From a virus (taxonomy: Duplodnaviria > Caudoviricetes), in IMG/VR virus record IMGVR_UViG_3300042356_001602: a stretch of DNA of 64,000 nucleotides; one strand, written 5' to 3'. Shown one piece after another: positions 8,182 through 17,652 of the stretch. The notes under the pieces are model-generated. The model saw only the letters and a program-made list of their open reading frames with translations. It did not search any database and had not been told where the DNA came from. Within the stretch, counting starts at the first letter, position 1. Every line of letters begins with the position of its first letter. Made by a program: the position numbers and the translations under genes.

Positions 8182-9855
8182 TTAAAAGTTTTTCTTACTA
8201 GATATTTTATTCTGTAGCCATTTAGGCTTAGGATTGTTTTCGTAGTAACGAGAGATGATTTGACTAGCCATGCCCTTGGTCATGTCAGTGGTAATAGGTA
8301 TACCTATACGCTTTAATAGTTTTTGTTGAGAGTCAGTTGGGGAATCTGCTCTCCATGCTGCTGAAGAGTCAAGGAGAGCTACAGATGAAGCTCTGTTGGA
8401 TTGTATCCATTTATCAGAGCGAGCAAAAGCTTCACGCATATCAGGAGCAATACCAAGAACTCTAGTAGATTTCTGAACGTTATCATGTAGAGTTACATTC
8501 CAACGTCCAAGTGTATCGCACTTAATACGCATAGATTCAGAATTGTTTAAGCCAAGATGAAATTCATCTTCAGCTATTTCTGCCCAAACTAATTTAGAAT
8601 ATTCTAAGACAACAGGGTTAGGAGGTGGTGGCATAAATAGATTAATACGAGTATAAGCTACTTGTATATCATCAGGATTAAGAACACGAACAGCTTCGCC
8701 TGGACAATAAGATTCAAGTTCTTCAAACTTTTCAGCTACGTCTGTAAGGCTTTGTCCTTGTAAATCGAATTCTGGTGGCATACCCAATAGAGTAGGAAGG
8801 CCAATAGGCTTCTTTCCCTTTGTGGTGTCTGCAATGTCTATAATTATACAATGCTCTTTACCTTCAAATAAACGAGTACCTCGTCCAACTATTTGAGTAT
8901 AGAGGAGAGTGCTTCGAGTAGGTTTAGCTATTATGATGGCTTCTAATGATGGCTCGTCAAAGCCTTCAGTCAAAACGCCAACATTTACAATAACGGAAAT
9001 TTGTCCTTTTGCAAACTGAGCAAGGATGATTTCTCGTTCTTCTCGTGGGGTTGTCCCTACGATTACAGCTGTTTTTACCGACGCTTGGTTAAAGGATAAG
9101 GCCAAGTTTTGGGCGTGTCTGACGCCGGATGCGTATACAAGGGCTTTTTTATCCATTGCCAGATTGCGATAGGCAGCGACAACATGAGCATTACGCTCAG
9201 GGTTATCAATTTTTTCTTCCAATTGCGATTGACTATATTCGCCATTTTGGATCTCCACTTCTGAAATGTCGGTACTTGTTTTTACTCTATATCCTACGAG
9301 TGGTGATAACCACCCTTCTTGGATAAGATCTTGTATAGTTCTATAGTAGACTATTTCGTCAAAGACATCAATTAGTCTAGTAGAATCTGATCTTTGCGGC
9401 GTCGCAGTAACGCCCAGCAGAAAATCAGGAGAGAAGAAATCAATAATTCTTCTATAACTAGGAGCAGCAGCATGGTGAGCCTCATCTATAACTATGGATT
9501 TAAAGTAATCTTTAGGATATTGTTCTATACGAGGAGTATTGTTTCTACCCAAGGTAGCAACGCTGGCAACGACTACGTCTACTTTGCCAGCTTTACGTTC
9601 AGCTTGTTCAATCTCTACAGTGAGATTGGGATTACAATCTAGGATTTTGGACCTAGCTTGTTCTAATAACTCAGACCTATGAGCTAAGACTAGCATAGGT
9701 AAAGTATCTGGTTTAATTATAGGAAGCTGTGAAAATATAACAGTTTTTCCTGCACCAGTTGGAAGAACTACTAGTTGTTTCGTAATACCGTTATTAGCAT
9801 TAGTTACAACAGCATCGAGTGCTTCTTGTTGATATGGTCGCAGTGTAAATGTCAT
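8182..9855 (-). CDS. SF2 DExH helicase (ResIII/IRC3-like)
   Basis: LPTGAGKT, IDEAHH, TATPQR, LTEGFD, QIVGRGTR. Confidence 0.93.
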   Translation of the reverse strand: MTFTLRPYQQEALDAVVTNANNGITKQLVVLPTGAGKTVIFSQLPIIKPDTLPMLVLAHRSELLEQARSKILDCNPNLTVEIEQAERKAGKVDVVVASVATLGRNNTPRIEQYPKDYFKSIVIDEAHHAAAPSYRRIIDFFSPDFLLGVTATPQRSDSTRLIDVFDEIVYYRTIQDLIQEGWLSPLVGYRVKTSTDISEVEIQNGEYSQSQLEEKIDNPERNAHVVAAYRNLAMDKKALVYASGVRHAQNLALSFNQASVKTAVIVGTTPREEREIILAQFAKGQISVIVNVGVLTEGFDEPSLEAIIIAKPTRSTLLYTQIVGRGTRLFEGKEHCIIIDIADTTKGKKPIGLPTLLGMPPEFDLQGQSLTDVAEKFEELESYCPGEAVRVLNPDDIQVAYTRINLFMPPPPNPVVLEYSKLVWAEIAEDEFHLGLNNSESMRIKCDTLGRWNVTLHDNVQKSTRVLGIAPDMREAFARSDKWIQSNRASSVALLDSSAAWRADSPTDSQQKLLKRIGIPITTDMTKGMASQIISRYYENNPKPKWLQNKISSKKNF

Positions 9856-9858
9856 ATT

Positions 9859-10038
9859 TTAAAATCCAAACAGATCACATTCTCCGAAGAATGGTTCGAA
9901 GGTGAATTTATCTTCTAACTCTTTGTAGTCAAACATTTCTAGTTTACCACATACAGTAGTTTGTGAGTCTTTAATATATACGAAAGATTCAATAAATTGA
10001 AAATCTTCCTTATCTAAAAGATTAATGGGTGTTGTCAT
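9859..10038 (-). CDS. hypothetical protein (59 aa)
   Basis: Manual translation MTTPINLLDKEDFQF...CDLFGF. Confidence 0.6.
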   Translation of the reverse strand: MTTPINLLDKEDFQFIESFVYIKDSQTTVCGKLEMFDYKELEDKFTFEPFFGECDLFGF

Positions 10039-10047
10039 AATGTGTCC

Positions 10048-10707
10048 TTAAACTAAAAACGAAGCTGGTCGTTTTTGTAGGTTTTCTTTATTAATAATTT
10101 CATATATCATGTTATTGTCTTCGAAATAAGCAAGGACGTCGTCAATATGAAAAGGGCCACTGTTCTCTACGTGAGAGAAAATATAGAATAGTTCTAACAT
10201 GTCTCCAGCAGCAGATGCTTCTGTAGAATCTTCTTCTTTAGTTATGGAAATCATATTAGATTTATCGTAATCAAAAACAACTTCATTGTTATCTTGAACG
10301 ATATAAGGGAAGGTGCATATAAGACAAAAGTCAGGAGAAACAAAAGTCATATTCATGGCATCTTGTTTAGAGTTACTGTCTTGAACGTCTGTGATTACAG
10401 TATCTGTAATAACAATAAATAATTCAGAACGAATACTCATAGGAAGAAATAGTATTTCACAAAGTGATTGATACAAATCTTCTTTGCCAGAAACTGGTCG
10501 AGAGGTAACAACTGCAGAAAGATCTTTATCGCAATTGAATACTACGACAGTAGCAGAAAAGGTACTTGGACCACTTGCTTTAATTACTTCAGAAAAGAAT
10601 TTAGAAGACTTTTTTACTTGAGTCCAAGCATCGGGTAAAAGAAGGGAAGTTCTTTCATTAAAGTCTTCTGGTGTAGTGAATGTAAAATTATTGTCTTTAT
10701 CAGACAT
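10048..10707 (-). CDS. hypothetical protein
   Basis: ORF track; GGAGA ribosome-binding site. Confidence 0.75.
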   Translation of the reverse strand: MSDKDNNFTFTTPEDFNERTSLLLPDAWTQVKKSSKFFSEVIKASGPSTFSATVVVFNCDKDLSAVVTSRPVSGKEDLYQSLCEILFLPMSIRSELFIVITDTVITDVQDSNSKQDAMNMTFVSPDFCLICTFPYIVQDNNEVVFDYDKSNMISITKEEDSTEASAAGDMLELFYIFSHVENSGPFHIDDVLAYFEDNNMIYEIINKENLQKRPASFLV

Positions 10708-10792
10708 AGGGTCTCCAATTTAAAATATTAAGATAAAATAAAAAAAGCATCTGGGGATATTGCTATCCCCAGACACTTCAATTTTATATTTA

Positions 10793-13333
10793 CTAGAACT
10801 CAGCTTTGAGTCTGCGTACAGGAGTGGGTGTTTCATTGTTTGTAAACACAATAGGTGAGAATGTTGCATGATGCTTTTGGTACTCAAGCACGTCATCAAA
10901 GACGTGTTCGGTTCCATCAGGATCTGTATACAGCCACTTATTGTGCCTAAAAGTTTTGATCTTATACTCATTGTCTTCGTATTGCATGATTACACGCTTA
11001 CCAATGCCATAGTGAATGAGAGCTTTCTCAAGATATGGATATACGGTGCGGTTCATTACAATCTGGTCAGACAATTTACCTGAACTAGTAGGCTCTTTGA
11101 TGCTAGAGCAGTACAAAGCAAGTACGAAGTCATGTTGGTCTTCAATGCGTTCAAATGAATTGATTGCATCAACGACAAACTTGTACAAGTAGTCCCATTC
11201 TTCACGCTTTATAGAACCAACAGTTTGAACGAATTCGTTACTGTTAGTATTATAAATGTTCATACGGAACTTACGCAATATGGGACCAGCGTGAAAGTAC
11301 AAGCGTTCAGCAAGAGCCTGAATAGTTGGAGACAATTCAATATTCTCTTGAGAGTACTTGGTAACACGCTCTACATACAGTGCATTGTAATGCTTGCAAA
11401 GGTTATTCAAATGAGTAAGGGTACCTTCGTAGGTTTCTACTTCAGGATGCTTACGGGAAAGATTCTTAAAGCGACCGAACCATAGATCATGATCTATTGG
11501 GCGACCGGAATTAAGAACCTCTTGAATAATAGTTTCTGCTTCAGCATCAATTGCTTGACGATCACGAGGATCTGAAGTCTGAGTACATCCGTCAATAGCA
11601 GATTCTAAAGAACATACTTGAACTGGACGATGTTTTCCTAGTGTGGAAGAGTGGAGCATTGAGCCGTTTACGAAACGACCAACGTTACCACCCATCATCG
11701 CAGTATCAATGTCTGCCATAACATCTGCTACAGAATAATTTTGCTCAGTCTTACGAAGAGGTAAAGGGTTGTGATCACTCGGCAAACCAAGATATCTAAC
11801 CTGATTGTTGCGGATTGCATGAGACAATCGAACTGGCCAGTTACGACCATTTACTTCAGGAAAGCTAATCACTTCGCCATTAGCCTTAGACCAAGTAGGA
11901 TACCACTCGTCTTCAACATAGCTAAGAATGGTGTATTCACCATAGCCATTAGGAGAACGAGCGATAATAACTACTTTTTCGTTATCACGAGTACCACCGG
12001 TAAGTGTACGGTAGAACAACTTAAAGAAGTCGTCTTGATCATGACCGCCATGGCTCTCGTACATCTCGAGCCAGTCAAAGTCATTAACAACATGAACACC
12101 GATATCATTGATTCGACGAATTGTACCTTCGTCAACTTCAATGTTCCATCCGCCCATACGTGCTAACGATTCAGGAATAACCTGCTCGTAAACACTGCAC
12201 GGAATAGGAATACGGTTTTCAAGTGGCTTTGCGTGGGAGATAGCAAGAGTCTTAAACAACCACGGAGAATCCGTAATTGATAATCCCATACTGGCCCAAC
12301 GATAGCCAACGTATCCGATGCGAGCTTGAGCTTCTACATCTTCTACTTCTTTATTGTCACGTGAGAACTGACGAACAAAGTATGACTTCCAGTTGGTGAG
12401 AAGACGTCCATTGACTGCGTCTTGGAACATCTTTTCATAGTCTTCTTTGAGCCACATTTCCATGTCAGCTTTGCGGAACAACTTTGGAAAGTTGATAACA
12501 GTTTGATCATCAGTAACTACACGGGACTTAGGTCCTTGAGGTTCTGCGATAAGACGAAATCCACCAGAGTAAGCAAGTTCTTTCTTAACGTTGTCACGTG
12601 TTGAAAGAATGTCAACACCTTCTGGAAGATTATCTGAAACGATAAAGTTACCTTTAATCATTCCATCTTCGAAAAGGAGTCTACCATTAAATACTCGAGA
12701 TTCAATTAAGAATCTGCGAAGATCTGCTTGGATCTTAGGATCGTAGTATACGTCGTTTTCATCTGCTGAATTAACGGAGTCATAGATAGGCATTGCCTCT
12801 ACTGCCTTACGAATAAGGCGTGAAGAAACAATGAAGCCACCATCGAGAAGTCGAGGTGTAGCTTTTTCTACCCATTCTGCCCAACCAGATTCAAAGTTGA
12901 AACGTGTATAGTCAGTAGGGTTAACCCATTGAATATTGACGTTGTCAAAGTGAGCATTGATTAGAGCTGCACGGTGTACAGTCTTGAGACGCTTAGAGGT
13001 CTTGCCTCCACCTTTGACTTTGTATCCAGACTTAGTAAGTGCTGAAAGCCATCCGTTGGATCCTTTGAGGGAAACGGCAACAATCTTGTTTTTATCAACC
13101 AAGGCATACTCGACTGAAGGGTGAGAAATAATCTTCTCAACTTCAGCACGATCAAATACATTGGTAGGTATAGGCATTGTTGCTACACGAAACTCGGAAG
13201 CATCTACGTTTTCCATCAGCTCACGCATGATGCCGATGTCATAGAATCCGATTTGATAGTCGTTGGTAGAACGCAATGGAGCATCTTTAAATGCTTTCAT
13301 GCGTACTGTTGGTCGGTATGTATTAAAGTTCAT
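10793..13333 (-). CDS. single-subunit two-barrel RNA polymerase-like protein (YonO/RdRP-like), paralog B
   Basis: LLDGGFIVS, FNGR...MIKG (DPBB-B pattern); RIPIPCS, HGGHDQDD, IARSPNGYGEY (DPBB-A pattern); colinear with 25774..28152. Confidence 0.75.
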   Translation of the reverse strand: MNFNTYRPTVRMKAFKDAPLRSTNDYQIGFYDIGIMRELMENVDASEFRVATMPIPTNVFDRAEVEKIISHPSVEYALVDKNKIVAVSLKGSNGWLSALTKSGYKVKGGGKTSKRLKTVHRAALINAHFDNVNIQWVNPTDYTRFNFESGWAEWVEKATPRLLDGGFIVSSRLIRKAVEAMPIYDSVNSADENDVYYDPKIQADLRRFLIESRVFNGRLLFEDGMIKGNFIVSDNLPEGVDILSTRDNVKKELAYSGGFRLIAEPQGPKSRVVTDDQTVINFPKLFRKADMEMWLKEDYEKMFQDAVNGRLLTNWKSYFVRQFSRDNKEVEDVEAQARIGYVGYRWASMGLSITDSPWLFKTLAISHAKPLENRIPIPCSVYEQVIPESLARMGGWNIEVDEGTIRRINDIGVHVVNDFDWLEMYESHGGHDQDDFFKLFYRTLTGGTRDNEKVVIIARSPNGYGEYTILSYVEDEWYPTWSKANGEVISFPEVNGRNWPVRLSHAIRNNQVRYLGLPSDHNPLPLRKTEQNYSVADVMADIDTAMMGGNVGRFVNGSMLHSSTLGKHRPVQVCSLESAIDGCTQTSDPRDRQAIDAEAETIIQEVLNSGRPIDHDLWFGRFKNLSRKHPEVETYEGTLTHLNNLCKHYNALYVERVTKYSQENIELSPTIQALAERLYFHAGPILRKFRMNIYNTNSNEFVQTVGSIKREEWDYLYKFVVDAINSFERIEDQHDFVLALYCSSIKEPTSSGKLSDQIVMNRTVYPYLEKALIHYGIGKRVIMQYEDNEYKIKTFRHNKWLYTDPDGTEHVFDDVLEYQKHHATFSPIVFTNNETPTPVRRLKAEF

Positions 13334-13360
13334 AATCCCTCCTTAGGATTAGTCATTGGT

Positions 13361-13371
13361 CCCTTCTTTTT
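13361..13371 (-). promoter_or_regulatory. class II upstream motif AAAAAGAAGGG (copy before RNAP B)
   Basis: One of six copies (about 13361, 17148, 23335, 23714, 25085, 25664), each shortly upstream of a minus-strand start codon. Confidence 0.6.
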
Positions 13372-13515
13372 GTATAAACTATTCCCTTATTAAAAAATAA
13401 TTTACACAATTAGAATATTTGATACTTATATGTGTGAGTGCCAGCTGTTATATTTTCGAAGCCAGGCTGGCGCTGGTTCTTTTCAGGTATATAACTAAAC
13501 CTGTTCTTAGCATAA

Positions 13516-13713
13516 CTAAGAAACTTTACGAGCGACAGGGTAACCCAACTTAGGGCCAGAAGCCTTAGTTGATGTTGCCATGCCACTGATAATTATGTTG
13601 TAATCATTTAAAGCGTCACAAATTCGCAAGCAAATATTGTGAAGCTCATCGTGGTTGACTTTGGTTGTTTGCAGACTTTCGTAGATGTCTGAATACATTT
13701 GTGTATAGTTCAC
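13516..13713 (-). CDS. hypothetical protein
   Basis: GTG start with AAGGAG. Confidence 0.6.
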   Translation of the reverse strand: MNYTQMYSDIYESLQTTKVNHDELHNICLRICDALNDYNIIISGMATSTKASGPKLGYPVARKVS

Positions 13714-13801
13714 AAATATCTCCTTTTATAGACATGAACTACTCATCTACAGCATAAAGTTAATATGCTGTTGAAGAATGTTCAAGTAGTTTAACTTGTC
13801 A

Positions 13802-14053
13802 TTATTTTGCAGGTACCAGGAAGTTGTTAGATTTATTTCTACGAATAACAGTTCTTGCACGAATTGATAGACCTCCCCATACACCATGATTAATGTTATT
13901 TTCAATAGCATATAAAGCACATGGTGTTTTTACGGGGCAGTCTTGACAAAATGCAATAGCCTTATTAGTCCCTGATACATGATCAGAGAAAAAGAAGTTA
14001 GTATCTTTAATTGTTTTGCATTTAGCAAATCGCATAAAGGATTCTGAAATCAT
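13802..14053 (-). CDS. whiB: WhiB-family transcription factor (second copy)
   Basis: C...NFFF...CQDCPVKTPC...GVWGGLSIRAR. Confidence 0.92.
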   Translation of the reverse strand: MISESFMRFAKCKTIKDTNFFFSDHVSGTNKAIAFCQDCPVKTPCALYAIENNINHGVWGGLSIRARTVIRRNKSNNFLVPAK

Positions 14054-14055
14054 TG

Positions 14056-14643
14056 TTACTCCTGGTTAACTAGTAGGTTAGATTGATTTAAGAAGTTTTC
14101 AAACTTAGAACGACCTTTATTAGAGATGCGCCACATATTAAAAGCCCAACGATCAGGGTCAACGTCTTCGGTCCAGTGAGGATTTTTGCAGTTGAATTCA
14201 AAAACTTCACCACCTGTCATCGGGACTTTAATTATTTCAGAAGGACTAAGACAATCTTCTGGACGAGCCCATCCAAAGTTTGGATAAATTCTTTCATAGC
14301 ACCATGTCACTTTGCCAAGATTGATTCCGATAGAACGGAAGTCAGCATAAGCTGCATCTCGGTGAGAATTAATGGTGCCACCTTTGGAAACCAGACCTAA
14401 CTCTGGTTCCCATTCGAAGGTTGAGCAAATGTTTTTAACAAATGTCCAGATCTTATCATCTTGACAAGCAAGTTGATAGTCTCTGGCTTCACTTAGTGGA
14501 GCTTCGTATGGAAACCATACTCGACTCCGACCAGGTGCGTAGTTAGAAACGTCAGTGCCAAGTTGAGGTACAATATTCTCTTCGAGGTATTGAACTGCTT
14601 TGGCAACTCGTTCTGGACTTATTGTTGTAATAATATTAAGCAT
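14056..14643 (-). CDS. AlkB-like 2OG-Fe(II) dioxygenase
   Basis: HRD...H...R-W-A-F-N-M-W-R ligand pattern, N-terminal GRSRVWF. Confidence 0.6.
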   Translation of the reverse strand: MLNIITTISPERVAKAVQYLEENIVPQLGTDVSNYAPGRSRVWFPYEAPLSEARDYQLACQDDKIWTFVKNICSTFEWEPELGLVSKGGTINSHRDAAYADFRSIGINLGKVTWCYERIYPNFGWARPEDCLSPSEIIKVPMTGGEVFEFNCKNPHWTEDVDPDRWAFNMWRISNKGRSKFENFLNQSNLLVNQE

Positions 14644-14908
14644 TGTGTTCCTTAAATATAAGTTCTTTATTCTGGTTGTTTAAAACTTCATCTCTAAGAG
14701 CTTTAAGTTGATCTTCAAGATCTTTAATTTGAGAAGTTTTTTGAATAATTTGTTCAACGTTAGTTGTATCAATTTCAGCTGTGATAATAAGTTGATTAAT
14801 AATTTGAGTCATTTTTAAACCAGTTATTTTGCTAATGATATCAAGCTTTTGATATGCGTCAGGCATAAGTCTTAAACTAAAAGTATGTCTGTCTGGTAGT
14901 TTTGGCAT
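14636..14908 (-). CDS. ribbon-helix-helix protein with coiled coil
   Basis: TFSLRL.......L..IS...G.KMTQIINQLI. Confidence 0.55.
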   Translation of the reverse strand: MPKLPDRHTFSLRLMPDAYQKLDIISKITGLKMTQIINQLIITAEIDTTNVEQIIQKTSQIKDLEDQLKALRDEVLNNQNKELIFKEHNA

Positions 14909-14937
14909 TGTTATTCCTTTTTTTCTTTTAAAGTGTT

Positions 14938-15357
14938 TTATCTAAATTTGCCTGTTGCATAAAAATATTCAACAGATCCTGGTATTTTAGCTAGAATTTT
15001 CTTTGCAGTAAGCAAGGGTAATGTTTGGTTGTAAACAGCACGATGGATCTGTTTAAGATGCAATTTAGGAATTAAAGCATGGTAATATTCAGTATAATAA
15101 TACTTAATAACCCAATCAAATGTTTCTTTAGACATACCAAGAGATAGGTATACATGAGAAAGCTTTTTGTTTAATTGATTAACCTTTGCATCAGTAATGT
15201 GTGCATTTTTCTTTAAGTGTTCAATTGGAGTAGTAATAATTTCATAGAAATTAAGATATCCAGCTTCGTAAAATTTATTACGAAGAGAATTAGGTAAAGT
15301 AAAATTATTGTTTGTTACTGTTCTAATGTCTTCATAAAGGAATTTATAGATAGACAT
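14938..15357 (-). CDS. RNAP alpha-CTD-like (HhH) domain protein
   Basis: LPNSLRNKFYEAGY...LKK...VNQLNKKL...LSLGM resembles the alpha-CTD pattern. Confidence 0.5.
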   Translation of the reverse strand: MSIYKFLYEDIRTVTNNNFTLPNSLRNKFYEAGYLNFYEIITTPIEHLKKNAHITDAKVNQLNKKLSHVYLSLGMSKETFDWVIKYYYTEYYHALIPKLHLKQIHRAVYNQTLPLLTAKKILAKIPGSVEYFYATGKFR

Positions 15358-15362
15358 TTTAT

Positions 15363-15710
15363 TTATCGTGGTCCTTTAAGAAGATTAGCCATATAAATAG
15401 AATCGTTAGCAAGATATTCTACAAGAAGTAGAGCATATTTGAGTCCTTCAACTACGTAAGTAACTGAACTGCCATCTGCAGTTCCAGTTACAGCAAAAGT
15501 CTCACGACTAGGATAAGCATAAAGTGTTACTTGACCTGTGCCCATGTCTAGAAAACGAGGATCCTGTTTAGGATGCCAGTCTAACATAACTGTTAAACAG
15601 TCAGATGGAATAGGTGAATCATTTAGCTCTTCTAAACGATCATCAAGATATCTAAAAGCAAGTTGAGTATAGTATTGAAGATCAGTGGTAGCGTTATTGG
15701 TATGTAGCAT
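15363..15710 (-). CDS. hypothetical protein
   Basis: ORF track. Confidence 0.7.
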   Translation of the reverse strand: MLHTNNATTDLQYYTQLAFRYLDDRLEELNDSPIPSDCLTVMLDWHPKQDPRFLDMGTGQVTLYAYPSRETFAVTGTADGSSVTYVVEGLKYALLLVEYLANDSIYMANLLKGPR

Positions 15711-15721
15711 GTGAGTATTCC

Positions 15722-16468
15722 TTATTGTTTGAATGGGTTGTTGGGGATTTGGACTTCTTCCTTTTCGCCATCAATATAAATAAATGATGGACGATCAGGA
15801 ACAGTGTTATAATATTCTTGATAAGCTACTGCGTGGTAGTGGCTTAAGAACATTTTAATAGCAAACCTACGAGCTTGAGCATCTATCTGTTCTTGGGGAA
15901 GTTTCCCCATAGACAGAGTGTCAATGTTGGGTTTATTTTTTGAACTTACATTATCAAGAAGTTCATACGCCCGATCAGCATACATCAAGTTATTGTTGTC
16001 TTCAGTTCGTCGGGTACGATCTCTTAGATAGAGTTGTCCATAAAAGCACTTAGTGCGATTAGAGTATTTTGCAAAATTTAATCCAATTTTCCAACAGATA
16101 TTTTTAAGTTCACCATTGTATGGTATCTTAGGACTATCTTGTGGAGTTGGTTCAAATCCTGCGTAACGCCAGAGTGCTCCAGCTGTGTTAGCTTTGGTGA
16201 TATCAATGTGGGACATAATGCCCGCAGTGAGTATCGGGCCAAGGCCGTATTGATTAATACACCATTCGCCAACAACTGAAGCTGTTGAATAGTTAGTAAG
16301 TGGACGCTTAATGATAGAATCTATTGAATCAAGCGAGTCAAGCATAAGCTCGACAAGCTCGATATCATCTTCATCTTTGAGAAGATACTCAATAGAGTCT
16401 TTAGCCTCTTGGATTTTATGGTAAGAAGCTACAATCTTGCGTACAGAATTGTCATCTAAATTGGACAT
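15722..16468 (-). CDS. IS110/Nop-domain-like protein lacking the RuvC domain
   Basis: GLGPILTAGIM...ALWRYAGFEP...ELKNICW...FYGQLY...ARRFAIKMFL; no N-terminal DEDD domain; no IS ends seen. Confidence 0.7.
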   Translation of the reverse strand: MSNLDDNSVRKIVASYHKIQEAKDSIEYLLKDEDDIELVELMLDSLDSIDSIIKRPLTNYSTASVVGEWCINQYGLGPILTAGIMSHIDITKANTAGALWRYAGFEPTPQDSPKIPYNGELKNICWKIGLNFAKYSNRTKCFYGQLYLRDRTRRTEDNNNLMYADRAYELLDNVSSKNKPNIDTLSMGKLPQEQIDAQARRFAIKMFLSHYHAVAYQEYYNTVPDRPSFIYIDGEKEEVQIPNNPFKQ

Positions 16469-16494
16469 GATACTATTCCTTTATTTAATATAAG

Positions 16495-16938
16495 TTATGA
16501 GGCTTTTTTATAAGCCTTGTATTTGGTTGTTGCCTTGCGGGTAACCCAAATTGGTGCGGTAATAACTTTACCGGTACCGTATGCAACTTTAGCCAAATCA
16601 CCGGCAAGTTCTTTGCCTTTTTCTGATTTGTCTTTAGCTACAATTTTAATATGCTCTGTACGAGGAATCCCAAGAGTCTGAGCTTTGGGACTATCGTAGT
16701 TCCAGTGTAAGAATGCATAACCCGGAATTGACAGTACGGTTGATATCATGGCAGCACCAAGGGCAATTAAGCCTTGGGCACCGAATGCAATACCCAAGAT
16801 AAATGAGATTAGCACGGATATAACCATGTTAAACCATTTGTACTTATGGGCATTAATTCGCCAGCCAGCAAAGTTAGCAGCAAACATCATTTCGACAATG
16901 GTCGAAGAGATTGCTAGCATTATCATCATCATAAACAT
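16495..16938 (-). CDS. membrane protein
   Basis: Three hydrophobic segments. Confidence 0.7.
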   Translation of the reverse strand: MFMMMIMLAISSTIVEMMFAANFAGWRINAHKYKWFNMVISVLISFILGIAFGAQGLIALGAAMISTVLSIPGYAFLHWNYDSPKAQTLGIPRTEHIKIVAKDKSEKGKELAGDLAKVAYGTGKVITAPIWVTRKATTKYKAYKKAS

Positions 16939-16983
16939 TTTGTATTCTCCTATGTAAATATATAAGTCGATGTTTTGTATATA

Positions 16984-17124
16984 CTATAGTTTTGTTTTCT
17001 TTTTAAGTTTCTCCTGTTCACGTTTATATCTGTATTCAGAATCTCCTCGTAGAAAGGAGACTACCAAGACTATGAAACATAGTGGAAAGAATATAATGGC
17101 TATAGGATCTATGTATATTGACAT
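16984..17124 (-). CDS. small membrane protein (46 aa)
   Basis: Manual translation MSIYIDPIAIIFFPLCFIVLVVSFLRG...; follows a class II motif. Confidence 0.6.
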   Translation of the reverse strand: MSIYIDPIAIIFFPLCFIVLVVSFLRGDSEYRYKREQEKLKKKTKL

Positions 17125-17186
17125 AAGTTACCTTCTGTGTAGTGTTCCCTTCTTTTTTGTACGAACAAAAAAAGTGGATACATAGC

Positions 17187-17216
17187 AAAAGGGCCGGACT
17201 CTTACGAGCCCGACCC
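17187..17216 (-). terminator. intrinsic terminator
   Basis: GGGTCGGGCTC-GTAA-GAGTCCGGCCC followed by TTTT. Confidence 0.75.
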
Positions 17217-17241
17217 TGAGATGCTTTGTATTTTAATTAAC

Positions 17242-17604
17242 CTATCGGCTAAGCTCGACCCAAAGGTTCCAAGCATTAGCTTTTGTTTGATCTTGCACTA
17301 CGCAACGGCTAAATGACAATCCATCTTGACGTGCTTTGCTGTATAGGTTAGCAGCAAAGTTGTTTGCTTCTTTTTGAGTAGCAAACGGGATATTGATATG
17401 GAATGATTGGTTCATGTTTTCCAAAAGATGTGCGTACATCTGTGTGGTAATAGCATTACGCTTACGTCCACGGCCAGCTCCTATTGGAAAGCTAGCTACT
17501 GGTGTCATGAGTGAGGTTACATCAGTTATACCAAATCGCTCTGGGCGTTTGATCAACTGAGTAGCAGTGGACATGTCTGACAGGTTACGAATCCGTGTGG
17601 TCAT
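17242..17604 (-). CDS. hypothetical protein, possibly nucleic-acid binding
   Basis: ORF track; GAGRGRKR basic motif. Confidence 0.7.
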   Translation of the reverse strand: MTTRIRNLSDMSTATQLIKRPERFGITDVTSLMTPVASFPIGAGRGRKRNAITTQMYAHLLENMNQSFHINIPFATQKEANNFAANLYSKARQDGLSFSRCVVQDQTKANAWNLWVELSR

Positions 17605-17652
17605 CGTGTTCTCCTTGTATTAATGATTAAGGTTTGTATATTTCTGGATGTA

